Positions 29,688 through 41,307 are shown, counted from the first letter of the stretch. The stretch is 64,000 nt of DNA from an uncultured beta proteobacterium (GCA_903905655.1 CAIVHG010000035.1:722-64721); one strand, 5' to 3'. Notes: generated from the letters alone by a model not told the origin. Program-made: numbers and translations.

Positions 29688-30673
29688 TTGCGTGACTTCA
29701 GCACTTCGCGCAGCAGCGTGAAGTTCCACACCTGAGACAACGCGATGTTCTGGGTGTTGTTCTGGCCCTTCTTGGTGGACTCAAGAGTGATCTGCAGCGC
29801 CTCGTCGGAAACCAGCCCGTCCTCTGGCATGTCGCGTTGGATCGTGGCATAGGCCTCCTCAGCGCCTGCACGATTGTATTTCATGACGCGCATCGTGTAC
29901 TCTATGACGGCTTCGCGGCTGCTGCGCATGTTGGCGATGGTCTCCAAAGCCGCCCTGATCATGCGCGTTACGGTCTGGGGGCGCTCCGCGATCATTTTGT
30001 CGGAGGTGCCGACGATACTCACGGGTCCGCCGGGAACAAACTGTCCTACGCGGAATACTTCGTGCAGGCCGAGCTCTTCTGACTGGCTGCGCGAGGACGG
30101 AAAGCTCGCAAAGGCATCGGCCTCGCCGCGCTTGACGAGTTCGAGGCTGACCATCGGCGCACCGCGGCTCACCACCCAGGTAACGTCTTTGTCCGGGTCG
30201 ACCCCATTTCGCCGCAGCACGTCCTTCAGGCTGTCATAGGGCGCGATGATGCGCTTGCCGCGCAGGTCCTGGATGGTCTTGATCGCGGGGCCCGCATAGA
30301 CACCCAGATTGTCCTTCGCGGTCACCATCACCGCTTTGATCGGAATGCTGCGGATGGCGCCCTGATGCAACTGTGCGCCGTGGGCGACGAACTGCACCTG
30401 GCCGCCGGCGAGCGCTGCGATCGGATCGGCGACATTGTCGATGACCTGGAGATCGATCCCGTATTTTTCGAATATGCCGTGCTCTTTGCCCCAATACACC
30501 CACATGTGATTGACTGCGGTGCGATTCGCCGCGACCGTGATGGACTCGCGCTGCGCCTGCGCGACTGCCGGCGCAGCAAATCCCAAATAACCGGCGGCAA
30601 CCGCTGCCAGCAGTGCAAGGCCGTTGACGACAAACGCGCGTCGTCCCCTACCGATTGAATTGATTGCATCCAT
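29684..30673 (-). CDS. ABC substrate-binding protein, SsuA/NMT1-like (paralog 2)
   Basis: Signal peptide with RRAFV; GIFEKYGID and IKTIQDLRGKRI motifs. Confidence 0.85.
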
Positions 30674-30767
30674 TACTATCCTCTTCAGTTTAAGTTGGGG
30701 TAAAAATCAGTCTTTCCGAAATTAATTTCCATCTTGGGGGCGCTGACCTGTCGATGCAGGATGCTCA

Positions 30768-31769
30768 TCATTTGCGCGACTTCAGCACTTCACGCAAAAG
30801 CGTGAAGTTCCACACCTGCGACAGCGGGATATTCTGGGTATTGCCCTGGCCTTTCTTGATGGAATCGAGTGTGATGCGCAGCGCCTCGTCTGAAACCAGG
30901 CCATCTTCCGGCGTGTCGCGCACAATGCTCGCATAGGACTCCTCGGCACCGGCGCGGGTGTATTTCATGACGCGCATCGTGTAATCGATCATGGCCTCGC
31001 GGCTGTTGCGCATGTTGGCCAGCGTTTCCAGCGTCGCTCTGAGAAACCGTGCTACGGACTGCGGATGTTCCGCAATATACTTGTCCGTGGCGCCGACGAC
31101 GGCGACCGGCCCGCCCGGGACGAACTGCGAGACGCGGAACACTTCGTGCAGGCCAATCTCCTCGGCCTGGCTGCGAGCCGCCGGAAACCCCGCGAACGCT
31201 TCAGCCTCGCCGCGCTTGACCAGTTCCAGATTGACGAGCGGCGCGCCGCGGCTCACGACCCAATTGATCTCCTTGTCCGGATCGATGCCATTGCGCTGCA
31301 GCACGTCCTTCAGGCTGTCGTAGCGCGAAATGATGCGCTTGCCGCGCAAGTCCTGCATCGTCTTGATGGCGGGACCGGCATAGACGCCGAGATTGTCCTT
31401 GGTCGTCACCATCACGGTCTTGACGGGAACGCCGCGGATGGCAGCCTGATGCAACTGCACGCCGTGGCCGATGAACTGCGCCTGGCCGCTGACGAGCGCG
31501 GCAACCGGATCAGCGACATTGTCGATGATCTGTATGTCGATGCCGTATTTCGCGAAGATGCCCCGTTCTTTCCCCCAGAACGCCCAGATGTGGTTGACCG
31601 CGGTGAGATTCGCGGCAACGGTTACGGTCTCGCGCTGCGCCTGCGCACCCGCGGGCAGGGCCGGCCCCAGGCAGGCGACCGCACCCGTCAGCAGGAGCAT
31701 GAGGTATTTCTTCGAAGCGGTACAGCGTGTAGCAAGGAAAGAGCAGAGTGAAGTACGAATCGGATTCAT
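30768..31769 (-). CDS. ABC substrate-binding protein, SsuA/NMT1-like (paralog 1)
   Basis: Same motifs and colinear with 29684..30673. Start could be the downstream Met (MLLLTG). Confidence 0.85.
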   Translation of the reverse strand: MNPIRTSLCSFLATRCTASKKYLMLLLTGAVACLGPALPAGAQAQRETVTVAANLTAVNHIWAFWGKERGIFAKYGIDIQIIDNVADPVAALVSGQAQFIGHGVQLHQAAIRGVPVKTVMVTTKDNLGVYAGPAIKTMQDLRGKRIISRYDSLKDVLQRNGIDPDKEINWVVSRGAPLVNLELVKRGEAEAFAGFPAARSQAEEIGLHEVFRVSQFVPGGPVAVVGATDKYIAEHPQSVARFLRATLETLANMRNSREAMIDYTMRVMKYTRAGAEESYASIVRDTPEDGLVSDEALRITLDSIKKGQGNTQNIPLSQVWNFTLLREVLKSRK

Positions 31770-31793
31770 CGGACACCTATCGATGGTTCGGGT

Positions 31794-32273
31794 TCAAAGC
31801 AATTGCCCTGCAGTTACTGCGATCTGCAAGGCCGGATCAGCAACGATTTCAAAATCGGTATCGATCTGCGCGACGTGCTGCAGCGTCGCGGAAATCGAAC
31901 AGGAGCCGTGGCAAGCAGCGAGGCATGCACGCACCTGCTCGGGATCCAGATGATCGCCGCTTACCCGGAACAGCAATGCGATATGGCGAAACACCTGCGG
32001 CGGCTTGTCGTCGATGGTGCCGGACACCTTGATGTTGAGCGCGGCCATCTTTTGTCCAGCATCGCGCATCGCCGCGATGAAGCTGGTGCCGGAACAGCCT
32101 GCCAGCGCGATCAGCAGCAGGTCGCGTGGAGAGAGGCCGTCGTCTCCGCCCGGCACGCCGAGCTTGCCCGCCATGTCGACCGGGACTTCGAAACCATTCA
32201 CATCCCTGCCGAGAAAAAATGCGCGCTCCGGATTGACCTTGACATCGACGGTTCGTGACAATTTTTGGTTCAT
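31794..32273 (-). CDS. OsmC family protein
   Basis: G.SPRDLLLIALAGC and CSIS..L conserved cysteine motifs. Confidence 0.85.
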   Translation of the reverse strand: MNQKLSRTVDVKVNPERAFFLGRDVNGFEVPVDMAGKLGVPGGDDGLSPRDLLLIALAGCSGTSFIAAMRDAGQKMAALNIKVSGTIDDKPPQVFRHIALLFRVSGDHLDPEQVRACLAACHGSCSISATLQHVAQIDTDFEIVADPALQIAVTAGQLL

Positions 32274-32286
32274 TTATCGAATTTCC

Positions 32287-34632
32287 TCAGGAAGATGAAA
32301 TGCGGCGCAGCGTGCAGGGATAAGCCTTCACCGGTACGGAGCCGGAGATCGGATCAAGCACAGCGTTGGTCATGATCAGGTTGACGTTGGCACCGCTGCT
32401 GGTATACGGATCGTGCCCCGGCAAACCGAGCTCTTCGCAGGCTTCCCACCAACCGGTCTGGGTGGCGACGACTCCCGGCGGCAGGGTATTCGTCACCCGC
32501 GCCTGGAGCCGGATTTCACCGGCGTGAGTCACCAGGCCGACGGCTTCACCGTCTGCAATGCCATACGCCACAGCAGTGTCCGGATGGATTTCCACGTACG
32601 GTGCGCTGACCTGCGAGCGCAGCTTCGGAATGCCGCGGCCCTGGCTATGGCAATATTCAGGCACCTTGTGCGAAGTGAGGATCAAGGGAAATTCCGCGCC
32701 GTGCGTCAGACGCGGCTGCACCGAAGGAAGCGGATCGTAACCGTGCGCAAGAAACTCCTGCGCGTAGATCTCGATCTTGCGGCTGCGCGTGTTCATGCCG
32801 CGCACCGCACCGGACACCTCCTTGTCCTGGTACCTGCGGTAGTTCTGCTTGATGGCTACAGTGAGACCGCCCGGCCTCGCCTTCACCTGCTCCAGGCTGA
32901 GCCCGGATTTGGATAGCAGGTAGCGGAACGCTTCCTCGATATCACCGTTCCAGAATTGGTCCCCGAGGCCTAGCGCGACCGCCAGATCAAAGATGAGTTC
33001 GAGGTCGGGACGCGATTCGAATTGCGGCCGCATGACTGCCGGGCGGTACTGCACATGCGCCTTGGTTTCGGGGCCACCGCCGAATTCCATCGACAGAAAC
33101 GATGCTTCCCATGGCGTGGCGGTGGGCAGCAGAATATCCGCCGTTTCGCATGAAGGGTTGGGAAAGAGATCTGCGTGGACCTGAAAGTCGAGCGCTTCGA
33201 GCGCCCGCCGTCCGCGCAAGGTGTCGCCGTTTTGCAGCAACAGGTTGCCGCCAAAGGTCACCAGGGCACGCGCTCGATAGGGCCCCTCGCCTAGCGCCGC
33301 ATCATAAAAATTATAGGCCTGAACCACGCGACGCGCCGCACTCAGAGGTCGCGTCGTCAGCCCCAGGCGCTTGGCAGCCTGCGCCTTCGGCAGCAGTTCT
33401 GAGCCTTCGATCGGCGGCGCTGGAATCCCGGCAAAGGACACGTTGCCACCCTCGGCCTCGAACCAGCCGGTCAGCGCATATAGAATACACAGCGCGCGAT
33501 TGGTCTGCGCCGTATCTACGTGCTGCTCTACGCCGTTGTAGGTGTAATAGCTCAATGGACCTTCCGTACCGACTGCCTTGGCGAGCGCTTCGATCTGCTC
33601 CACCGGCACGTCGGTCAGCGCAGCAACAGCCTGCGGCGCATGCTGCGCCACGCGCTCGATGAGGTGCACGAATGCCGAGCGCACTCGGACCGGAGCGCTG
33701 CCCGCAAGCGCCAGTTCGGTATCCACCACCAGTGCGGGTTCCACGCCCCATTCGGCAGGGTCCCTGGCAACATCGATGGTGACGGCCTGGTTCGTGCCTG
33801 CATCGAAAACGACGTAATCATCGGCGGCCTGCGCCCCGATGTCGCGCCCGCGCAAAAGTGCGCCGGTAATCGGAGACACGAGGAAGGGCGCGTTGGTCCA
33901 GTCCCTGACGAATGATCGGTCGTAGGTGCCGTCGCGCAGCAGAATGTGGATCAACCCCAGCGCAAGCGCCGTATCCGAACCCGGCCGCAACTGGATCCAC
34001 AGGTCGGCCTGCGCAACCGTCGCCGTGCGGCGCGGATCGACCACGATCAGCTTGGCGCCGTTGCGCCGGCCGTCGTGAATGCGGCGCCAGTTTTGTATGT
34101 GTGAAGCCGCGGGATTGTGGCCCCAGATCAGCATCGTCTTCGAAGCTTCGAAGTGCGGTGTCGGCAGACCTTTGCCATATGTATAAACCGACCCTGCATC
34201 GCGGCCCCACTGACAAATATGCGACGTAGCGATGACGTTCGGGCTGCCGAAGGCGCGCACCAGGCGTTCGAAAAACGGGACCCAGTCGGTGGCCTGGCTG
34301 GCGCCCGGCGCCGGGCGACCGAAGACGACTGCTTCCGCACCGGACTCGGCCTTGATCGCAGAAAGCTTCGCGACGATGGTCGAGATCGCCTCTTCCCACG
34401 AGATCGGGACAAATCCCGGATCCCGCGAGGACTTCGGCTGAGTCCGTTTCATGGGCGTGCGTATGCGCCCGCTGTTATGCACGATCTCCGGCGCTGCACC
34501 GCCCTTGATGCAGAAACCCCGATTGGGGTGGTCGCGGTCGGCGCGCACCTCTATCAGACGATCGTCCTCCACCGTCGCAATGGTTGCGCATTTGGATTTG
34601 CAGTGCGCGCAGTATCCCCTGATTTCAACCAT
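32287..34632 (-). CDS. Cytoplasmic molybdopterin (DMSO-reductase family) oxidoreductase, substrate unknown
   Basis: N-terminal CAHCKSKC...CIKG Fe-S motif; WGHNP, VVDPR, LRPGSD, ADILLP and HSQ..EIHPDTA motifs; no Tat leader. Confidence 0.92.
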   Translation of the reverse strand: MVEIRGYCAHCKSKCATIATVEDDRLIEVRADRDHPNRGFCIKGGAAPEIVHNSGRIRTPMKRTQPKSSRDPGFVPISWEEAISTIVAKLSAIKAESGAEAVVFGRPAPGASQATDWVPFFERLVRAFGSPNVIATSHICQWGRDAGSVYTYGKGLPTPHFEASKTMLIWGHNPAASHIQNWRRIHDGRRNGAKLIVVDPRRTATVAQADLWIQLRPGSDTALALGLIHILLRDGTYDRSFVRDWTNAPFLVSPITGALLRGRDIGAQAADDYVVFDAGTNQAVTIDVARDPAEWGVEPALVVDTELALAGSAPVRVRSAFVHLIERVAQHAPQAVAALTDVPVEQIEALAKAVGTEGPLSYYTYNGVEQHVDTAQTNRALCILYALTGWFEAEGGNVSFAGIPAPPIEGSELLPKAQAAKRLGLTTRPLSAARRVVQAYNFYDAALGEGPYRARALVTFGGNLLLQNGDTLRGRRALEALDFQVHADLFPNPSCETADILLPTATPWEASFLSMEFGGGPETKAHVQYRPAVMRPQFESRPDLELIFDLAVALGLGDQFWNGDIEEAFRYLLSKSGLSLEQVKARPGGLTVAIKQNYRRYQDKEVSGAVRGMNTRSRKIEIYAQEFLAHGYDPLPSVQPRLTHGAEFPLILTSHKVPEYCHSQGRGIPKLRSQVSAPYVEIHPDTAVAYGIADGEAVGLVTHAGEIRLQARVTNTLPPGVVATQTGWWEACEELGLPGHDPYTSSGANVNLIMTNAVLDPISGSVPVKAYPCTLRRISSS

Positions 34633-35231
34633 CGCAGACCCCGCTCGCCGGGCTGCGTTCGCTGTATATTCCTGTTTGCATCAAGTACTCCTGATTTTCC
34701 CTCTGCGGATTCATCCAGCCGTTTAACAGCGGCCTCGGCAGCAATCCATCGTCTGCACCGCGGAAAGCCGTGCGTTCAGAGCTGCTGCAATTTACGTTGA
34801 TGAATTACTTCAGTAGCGCAGCCAGCTGCGCACTGCCCGATGCCCGGAGGGGGTGCGCGCGTCGCCTTTGGTTTAGCAGACTGACCGGACGGACACGCGC
34901 GCGGTGGAGACTAGGAAGCTGAGGGGGGATGCAGCGGAAATGAGATGGCGGTGCGGTGCGCGCACACGGCCGGCATTGCAAATGGCGGAAAAACCACGGG
35001 AACCATGCAGTGATGCTCTTTGCTTTTCAGACTCGACCCGATCAATGGTATCACGAGCGGAAACAACCGCGCAATTGACCCGAAGACCCGTGCAGCCGCA
35101 GCAGGCACGATGCCGATGACATCTGGGACTGCGGTGACAAAATCTTAGAACGACCCGTGATAACGATAGCATCTTTTGAAAGTTTGTTTAGCGGCCGGCA
35201 TCGGGTATAGTAGCCCGCTCCTGAAAGAGGA

Positions 35232-36233
35232 GTGAAAAAAATGAAGGCATCAAGCGTATTTGCAGCCCTGTTGGCGCTGGCCGCGGCACCCGCATTCGCA
35301 GACGTCTCGCTGCTCAACGTCTCCTATGACGTCGCCCGCGATTTCTACAAGGATTACAACCCGCTGTTCGAGAAGTACTGGAAAGCGAAAGCCGGCGAAA
35401 CCGTGACCATCAAGCAATCGCACGGCGGCTCGACCAAGCAGGTGCTGGCTGTGGCCGACGGGCTGGACGGCGATGTCGTCACGATGAACCAATCGACCGA
35501 CGTCGAATTCCTCGCCAGCAAGAACATGGTCGCCAAGGACTGGGCGAAAAAATTCCCGAACAATGCTTCGCCCTACACTTCGACCATGGTGCTGATCGTG
35601 CGCAAGGGCAACCCGAAGGGCATCAAGGACTGGAACGATCTCGCCAAGCCCGGCGTGCAGGTCGTCATTCCGCATCCGAAAAACACCGGCAATGGCCGCT
35701 ACAGCTATCTCGCCGCCTGGGGCTATGCGTTGAAGCAGCCGGGAGGCAATGACAGGACCGCGCAGGAGTTCGTCGGCAAGATACTGAAGAATGCGCCGCT
35801 GTTCCCGCCCGGCGGACGCGATGCGACCACCACCTTCATGCAGCGCAAGATCGGCGACGTGCTCGCCACGTTCGAGTCGGAAGCCGAGCTGATCGCCAAG
35901 GAGTTTGGCCGCGGCGAATTCGAGGTCGTGTATCCCAGCCTGTCGATACTCACCGAGTTTCCGGTAGCCGTCGTCGAGACGGTAGTCGACAAGAAGCACT
36001 CGCGCAAGGAAGCCACCGCTTATCTGGAGTACCTGTGGTCCAAGGAAGGCCAGGAAAACGCTGCGCAGAACTACCTGCGGCCGCGCGATGCCGAAATGCA
36101 AAAGAAATACGCCAAGCAGTTCCCCGCCATCCGCACCTTCACCGTCGACGAAATCTTCGGCGGCTGGACCAAGGCGGCCGCGACGCACTTCCGCGACGGC
36201 GGCAGCTTCGACCAGATCTACGAGCAGAAGTAG
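35232..36233 (+). CDS. sbp: Sulfate/thiosulfate ABC substrate-binding protein
   Basis: LLNVSYDVAR, QSHGGS, VRKGNPKGIKDWNDL, GGRDATTTF. Confidence 0.95.
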   Translation: MKKMKASSVFAALLALAAAPAFADVSLLNVSYDVARDFYKDYNPLFEKYWKAKAGETVTIKQSHGGSTKQVLAVADGLDGDVVTMNQSTDVEFLASKNMVAKDWAKKFPNNASPYTSTMVLIVRKGNPKGIKDWNDLAKPGVQVVIPHPKNTGNGRYSYLAAWGYALKQPGGNDRTAQEFVGKILKNAPLFPPGGRDATTTFMQRKIGDVLATFESEAELIAKEFGRGEFEVVYPSLSILTEFPVAVVETVVDKKHSRKEATAYLEYLWSKEGQENAAQNYLRPRDAEMQKKYAKQFPAIRTFTVDEIFGGWTKAAATHFRDGGSFDQIYEQK

Positions 36234-36254
36234 GAACTAGCCGGCAGTCTCATT

Positions 36255-37124
36255 ATGCGCAAGGCGAACGTGTTGCCCGGACTGCGGTTGGGCCTGGGTT
36301 ACACGCTGACTTACCTGTCGATCCTGGTGCTGATCCCGATCGCCGCGTTGATACTCAAGAGCGCATCGGTCAGCCCCGAGCAGTTCTGGCAGATCGCGAC
36401 CGGCACGCGCGCCATGGCATCCTATCGCGTGACCTTTGGCGCCTCGCTGATCGCGGCTTCCATCAACGCGGTATTCGGGTTGATCGTCGCCTGGGTGCTG
36501 GTGCGCTACACCTTTCCCGGCAAGCGCCTGATCGACGCCCTCGTCGACCTGCCGTTCGCGCTGCCGACCGCGGTCGCGGGCATCACGCTCGCGACCTTGT
36601 ATTCGGGCAATGGATGGATTGGCCAGTTCCTGGAGCCACTCGGCCTCAAGGTGGCCTTCACTCCGCTCGGCATCGTGGTGGCACTGACCTTCATCACGCT
36701 GCCGTTCGTGGTGCGCACGCTGCAGCCGGTGATCGAAGACATAGAGCCTGAAGCTGAGGACGCCGCTGCGTCGCTGGGGGCCTCGCGCTGGCAGACCTGG
36801 ATGCGCGTCATCTTCCCGACCATCTTTCCCGCGCTGCTCACCGGATTTACCCTCGGCCTTTCGCGCGCCATCGGCGAATTCGGCTCGGTCATCTTCATCG
36901 CCGGTAACATGCCGTTGATCTCCGAAATCACGCCGCTTTTAATCATCTCCAAGCTCGAGCAGTACGATTTGCCGGGCGCCACCGTGCTCGCGGTGGTCAT
37001 GCTGATCGTCTCCTTCGTACTGCTGCTCACGATCAACATTCTGCAGTGGTGGACGGCACAGCGGCAGTCCGGCGATGGCGGAGCCTCGGAGCCGATGCCC
37101 GCCCCTGTGGTGCAAGCGGCATGA
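36255..37124 (+). CDS. cysT: Sulfate ABC permease CysT
   Basis: [16 protein letters not shown] and [11 protein letters not shown] motifs. Confidence 0.95.
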   Translation: MRKANVLPGLRLGLGYTLTYLSILVLIPIAALILKSASVSPEQFWQIATGTRAMASYRVTFGASLIAASINAVFGLIVAWVLVRYTFPGKRLIDALVDLPFALPTAVAGITLATLYSGNGWIGQFLEPLGLKVAFTPLGIVVALTFITLPFVVRTLQPVIEDIEPEAEDAAASLGASRWQTWMRVIFPTIFPALLTGFTLGLSRAIGEFGSVIFIAGNMPLISEITPLLIISKLEQYDLPGATVLAVVMLIVSFVLLLTINILQWWTAQRQSGDGGASEPMPAPVVQAA

Positions 37125-37987
37125 TCGAAGGCCGCGCCAGAAGCGAGCCGCGTGCGGTGCGCATCGCGCTGACCTCAATCGCGCTGGCGTTCCTGTTCTT
37201 TTTTCTGATCCTGCCGCTCGCCGCGGTGTTCGTCGAAGCATTGCGCGCCGGAATTGCGGCCTATGCCGGGGCGCTCACTGAACCCGAGACGCTGCACGCC
37301 ATCGGACTGACGCTGCTCATCGCCGCCATCGCATTGCCGTTCAATATTCTGTTCGGCGTGGCCGCCGCGTGGGCCATCGCAAAGTTCGAGTTCCGCGGCA
37401 AGAGCCTGCTCATCACGCTGATCGATCTGCCCTTTGCCGTTTCGCCGGTGGTCGCGGGCCTGCTGTTCATTTTGCTGTTCGGGGCGCAGGGCTATTTCGG
37501 GCACTGGCTGCAGGCGCACGACGTGAAGATCGTGTTCGCCATTCCCGGCATGGTGCTGGCAACGCTGTTCGTGACGGTTCCGTTCGTCGCACGCGAGCTG
37601 ATTCCGCTCATGCAGGAGCAGGGCCGCGACGAGGAAGAAGCGGCGATCTCGCTCGGCGCGTCCGGCTGGCAGATGTTCATGCGGGTGACAGTGCCCAACA
37701 TCAAGTGGAGCCTGCTCTATGGCGTGATCCTCGCCAATGCACGCGCGATGGGCGAGTTCGGCGCGGTGTCGGTGGTCTCCGGCCATATCCGCGGCGAGAC
37801 CAACACGCTGCCGCTGCACGTGGAAATCTTCTACAACGAGTACAACATGGTCGGCGCGTTCGCCGCCGCCTCCGTGCTCGCGCTGCTTGCCCTGGTCACG
37901 CTGGCCGCGAAGTCCGTGGTGGAATGGCGCATGCGCGTCGAGACGGAAATGTTGTCGGCGGGTCTTTCGCCGGAAAAAGGATCCTGA
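37121..37987 (+). CDS. cysW: Sulfate ABC permease CysW
   Basis: [31 protein letters not shown]; ATGA overlap with cysT. Confidence 0.95.
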   Translation: MIEGRARSEPRAVRIALTSIALAFLFFFLILPLAAVFVEALRAGIAAYAGALTEPETLHAIGLTLLIAAIALPFNILFGVAAAWAIAKFEFRGKSLLITLIDLPFAVSPVVAGLLFILLFGAQGYFGHWLQAHDVKIVFAIPGMVLATLFVTVPFVARELIPLMQEQGRDEEEAAISLGASGWQMFMRVTVPNIKWSLLYGVILANARAMGEFGAVSVVSGHIRGETNTLPLHVEIFYNEYNMVGAFAAASVLALLALVTLAAKSVVEWRMRVETEMLSAGLSPEKGS

Positions 37988-37989
37988 GC

Positions 37990-39030
37990 ATGGGTATCGC
38001 AGTCCACGGCATCACCAAACGGTTCGGCGACTTTGTCGCGCTCGACAACGTCAGCCTGGAAATACCAACGGGAGAACTGGTCGCCCTGCTCGGCCCCTCG
38101 GGCTGCGGCAAGACGACGCTGCTGCGTATCATCGCGGGCATGGAGTCGGCAGACGCCGGCCAGGTGCTGTTCTCGGGAGAGGAAGCGACGCACCTGCATG
38201 CGCGCGAGCGCCAGGTCGGCTTCGTATTCCAGCACTACGCTCTGTTCAGGCACATGTCGGTGTTCGAGAACGTGGCGTTCGGGCTGCGCGTCAAGCCGCG
38301 CGGCCAGCGCCTACCGGAGCCCGAGATCCGCGAGCGCGTGATGAGCCTGTTGAAGCTGGTGCAACTCGACTGGCTCGCCCAGCGCTACCCGTCGCAGCTT
38401 TCAGGCGGGCAGCGGCAACGCATTGCGCTCGCCCGCGCGCTCGCCGTCGAGCCCAAGGTGCTGCTGCTCGACGAGCCGTTCGGCGCGCTCGATACCCAGG
38501 TGCGCAAGGAACTGCGCCGCTGGCTGCGGCGGCTGCACGACGAGATGCACATCGCCAGCATATTCGTCACGCACGACCAGGAAGAGGCGCTGGAAGTCGC
38601 CGACCGCGTCGTCGTGCTCAACCGCGGGCAAATCGAGCAGGTCGGCTCGCCGGATGAAGTCTATGCGCATCCGGCCTCACCCTTCGTCTTTCGCTTCCTC
38701 GGCAACGTCAATGTCTTTCACAGCCGCATGCACGGCGCTTGGGCGGACGTCGCGCAGGAAGTGCCGCGCACCGAGGGCCACGGCGATTCGATCGCCTTCG
38801 TGCGCCCGCACGACATCGAGCTCGAGCGGAAGCAGGCAACAGGTTCCATCAAAGCCCAAGTGCGCCACGTGCAGCCTATCGGGCCCACGGTGCGCGTCGA
38901 ACTGGAGCACGACGGCGAGATCGTAGAAGTAGACCTCACCCGCGATCGCCATGAAACACTGCGCCTGCAGTCCGGAGAAACCGTCTGGATGCGACCGCGC
39001 CAGGTGAAGGTTTTTTCCGCCAAGGCATAG
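37990..39030 (+). CDS. cysA: Sulfate ABC ATPase CysA
   Basis: [46 protein letters not shown]-like tail. Confidence 0.95.
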   Translation: MGIAVHGITKRFGDFVALDNVSLEIPTGELVALLGPSGCGKTTLLRIIAGMESADAGQVLFSGEEATHLHARERQVGFVFQHYALFRHMSVFENVAFGLRVKPRGQRLPEPEIRERVMSLLKLVQLDWLAQRYPSQLSGGQRQRIALARALAVEPKVLLLDEPFGALDTQVRKELRRWLRRLHDEMHIASIFVTHDQEEALEVADRVVVLNRGQIEQVGSPDEVYAHPASPFVFRFLGNVNVFHSRMHGAWADVAQEVPRTEGHGDSIAFVRPHDIELERKQATGSIKAQVRHVQPIGPTVRVELEHDGEIVEVDLTRDRHETLRLQSGETVWMRPRQVKVFSAKA

Positions 39031-39121
39031 GCCGTAAGACTCGACATCAATACTGGCGCGATGATGCAGCGTCGCCTAAAGACGATGCCCTACCCTTCAA
39101 CATAAAACGAATCACGCGCAT

Positions 39122-39163
39122 AAACAAACGGCCGTGCAGCAAATGCTGCACGGCCGTTTGTTT
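39122..39163. terminator. Bidirectional intrinsic terminator
   Basis: Perfect 19-bp inverted repeat AAACAAACGGCCGTGCAGC-AAAT-GCTGCACGGCCGTTTGTTT between convergent genes. Confidence 0.85.
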
Positions 39164-39225
39164 TCAGACCCGATGCCGAAGCGGGAGAATCACCGGCCCG
39201 GCAACCCGGAAGGCGAACCTCCCGG

Positions 39226-41307
39226 TCAGTGCCTCCAGTTCTGGAGATACTCGTTGTCGTTGATGTCGCGCCCTCTGAGCTGAACGAGATTGAAGTTGCC
39301 CGAGGCCGTGGCCTTGGACATGTCGCCCCAGGCTACACCGCTGTTGGTCAGCGCCACGCTGGCCGCCGTCAGCGCCACTTTGGTTTGATCCTGATACAGC
39401 GTGCCGGTGGAACCGCCGATGGGCCGGCTTTGCACTTGCACTTTGCTGATGGCAGGCGCACCGGCGACGTTCGTCCACTTGACGGTAAACGAAGCACCGC
39501 CAGCAAACGCGCTGCTGCTGAGAGGATCGATCAGGTTCTTGGTTTCCGTCGCCAAACCCGTGTTGAAGGTCAGCTTGTCGACTTCGCCGCTGCCCACTGT
39601 GCTACCTAGCGCAACGGGCCGGCCGCGCAGGCGTTCCACGTAAATGAGATTAGGCGTCGTAGTGGCATTGCCGACGTTGAATATCTTGAATTGATAGGCC
39701 GAGAACGGCTGCAATCCCGTGATCGTGGCGTCCGTTGCCGCAGTCGCCGCGAAATCCGGGCTGCTCGTGCTGCCGAATGAGCTCTGGGAATTCGCATTTT
39801 CCGGATCAGCAGCGGTTGCCTTGCGGTACTGCATCTTGTAAAACCCGGTGCAGGAAGCAGGCGTCGCCGTGCTGCTCGTCGTAATCGCATAGAAAGTGTC
39901 GCAGCCGCTGAGCAAGGGGTTGAGCACTATGCCGTTGTTCGGAAGGCCGGGACCCGTGACATTGACATACGCAATCTTCTTGCCATTGCCGCGCGACGAA
40001 CCACTAACCGCACCGCCCGCGCCGCCTGCACCATAATCGAAGCCTATGGTAAAGCCCGAATAGTAATAAGCGCCTTTAGCACGAGCCGTCGTGCCGGTGC
40101 CGCGGGTCTCGAGCTGCTCTTCGCGATTGACCGCGCCGTTGATGCTTACCCTGTACAGGCGCTGGTTTCCGCGCACCTTCCAGGTTCCGCCGGTCTTGGT
40201 TGAATTCTCAGCCACCGTCTGGATCCACTCGCCCACGCCATCAGCGCGCTTGAGTGCAAAGCGCACCAGGGCACGCTGATCGCCTGCGGTGGTGCTGTAA
40301 AAGCGGATTACCTCAGGCTTGGCGAAGGTCGCGCCGTCGTAGGTCGAACCCGTCAGGTACGAATCGAATTCCTGGGAACCGGTATTGCCGTCATTCAGGT
40401 AATCGGATGCGAACGGCAATGCAGCGCATGCCGCAGCCTGCCCAGTACTGCCAAACGTGCCGCGCTGTGCTGCGGCCAAAGCGAAACAGCTATTGAAAGC
40501 CGCCTGCACGTTGTCAGCGACCGACATATCGTCGACAGTCGCCGGCAACGCCGTCAGGCCGGCCTTGAAGTTCGTAGATCCGTTGATCGTGATCGCCGCC
40601 GCGGACAGGTCGGCGGTCACGGTCTGGCCGCTCATGTTGCCCATGTCATCGGTCTTGGCGCCGCCAGGACTGGTGATGCTGACACCGTTCGGCGTCACGA
40701 TCACCTTGATGTTGTCCAGCACCTTGTCGAATCCGCCGCGGTTCGCGGTGAATTGAGTGGCTATCAGATCGACGCTGCCCGTCACGCCTGCTGCGGCCAG
40801 CGCGGGAGCGAGCGCTGCGGCGAGCGCGGTATTGCGGTCGCTCACGCCGCTGGTGGTAATGTTGGCTTTTTCAGTCGCGATGTTCGCGGAGAGCGTCGCG
40901 GGATTGCCGTCGCTCGCGAGCGTCGCAGCGATGGCATTGGTAAGAGAAGTCACATTGACGGTGCTGATACCGGTCGCCGTCGTGGCCAGCACGGACACCA
41001 GTGTCTGAGTGACGTCGCCTACCTGCGCGGTCGCACTGATCACGTAGGGCGCAGGGCAACCCGTCACCGGGATCGAGTAGGCGCCAGTCGCATCGGCGGT
41101 ACCGGTCTTGGTGGTACCGTCAGAGCAGGTTATGGTGATGGCCGCATTTGCGAGCGGCGCGCCGGACGCGGCCGTGCCGCTAATCGTAGGCGTCGACGTG
41201 ATCGACGCAGTTTCTCCTCCACCGCAACCTGCCAAAGCCAGCGCAACTAAGCCGGCGAGAACCGTAGCATGCCTTCTTGCGAAAGCAGATAGACCGAACC
41301 TCTGCAT
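39226..41307 (-). CDS. Large Thr/Ser/Gly/Ala-rich lipoprotein with an N-terminal carboxypeptidase-regulatory-like (Ig) domain, function unknown
   Basis: GGAG RBS before ATG 41307; lipobox LAGC-GGG; ISGTAASGAPLANA..ADATGAY motif; spaced Cys pairs. Confidence 0.8.
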   Translation of the reverse strand: MQRFGLSAFARRHATVLAGLVALALAGCGGGETASITSTPTISGTAASGAPLANAAITITCSDGTTKTGTADATGAYSIPVTGCPAPYVISATAQVGDVTQTLVSVLATTATGISTVNVTSLTNAIAATLASDGNPATLSANIATEKANITTSGVSDRNTALAAALAPALAAAGVTGSVDLIATQFTANRGGFDKVLDNIKVIVTPNGVSITSPGGAKTDDMGNMSGQTVTADLSAAAITINGSTNFKAGLTALPATVDDMSVADNVQAAFNSCFALAAAQRGTFGSTGQAAACAALPFASDYLNDGNTGSQEFDSYLTGSTYDGATFAKPEVIRFYSTTAGDQRALVRFALKRADGVGEWIQTVAENSTKTGGTWKVRGNQRLYRVSINGAVNREEQLETRGTGTTARAKGAYYYSGFTIGFDYGAGGAGGAVSGSSRGNGKKIAYVNVTGPGLPNNGIVLNPLLSGCDTFYAITTSSTATPASCTGFYKMQYRKATAADPENANSQSSFGSTSSPDFAATAATDATITGLQPFSAYQFKIFNVGNATTTPNLIYVERLRGRPVALGSTVGSGEVDKLTFNTGLATETKNLIDPLSSSAFAGGASFTVKWTNVAGAPAISKVQVQSRPIGGSTGTLYQDQTKVALTAASVALTNSGVAWGDMSKATASGNFNLVQLRGRDINDNEYLQNWRH

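Noticed and set aside
32287-34632. Calling the Mo enzyme acetylene hydratase, or a nitrate, formate or DMSO reductase
   Set aside because: The diagnostic residue, Tat leader and partner subunits are missing. Only a family-level call is supported.
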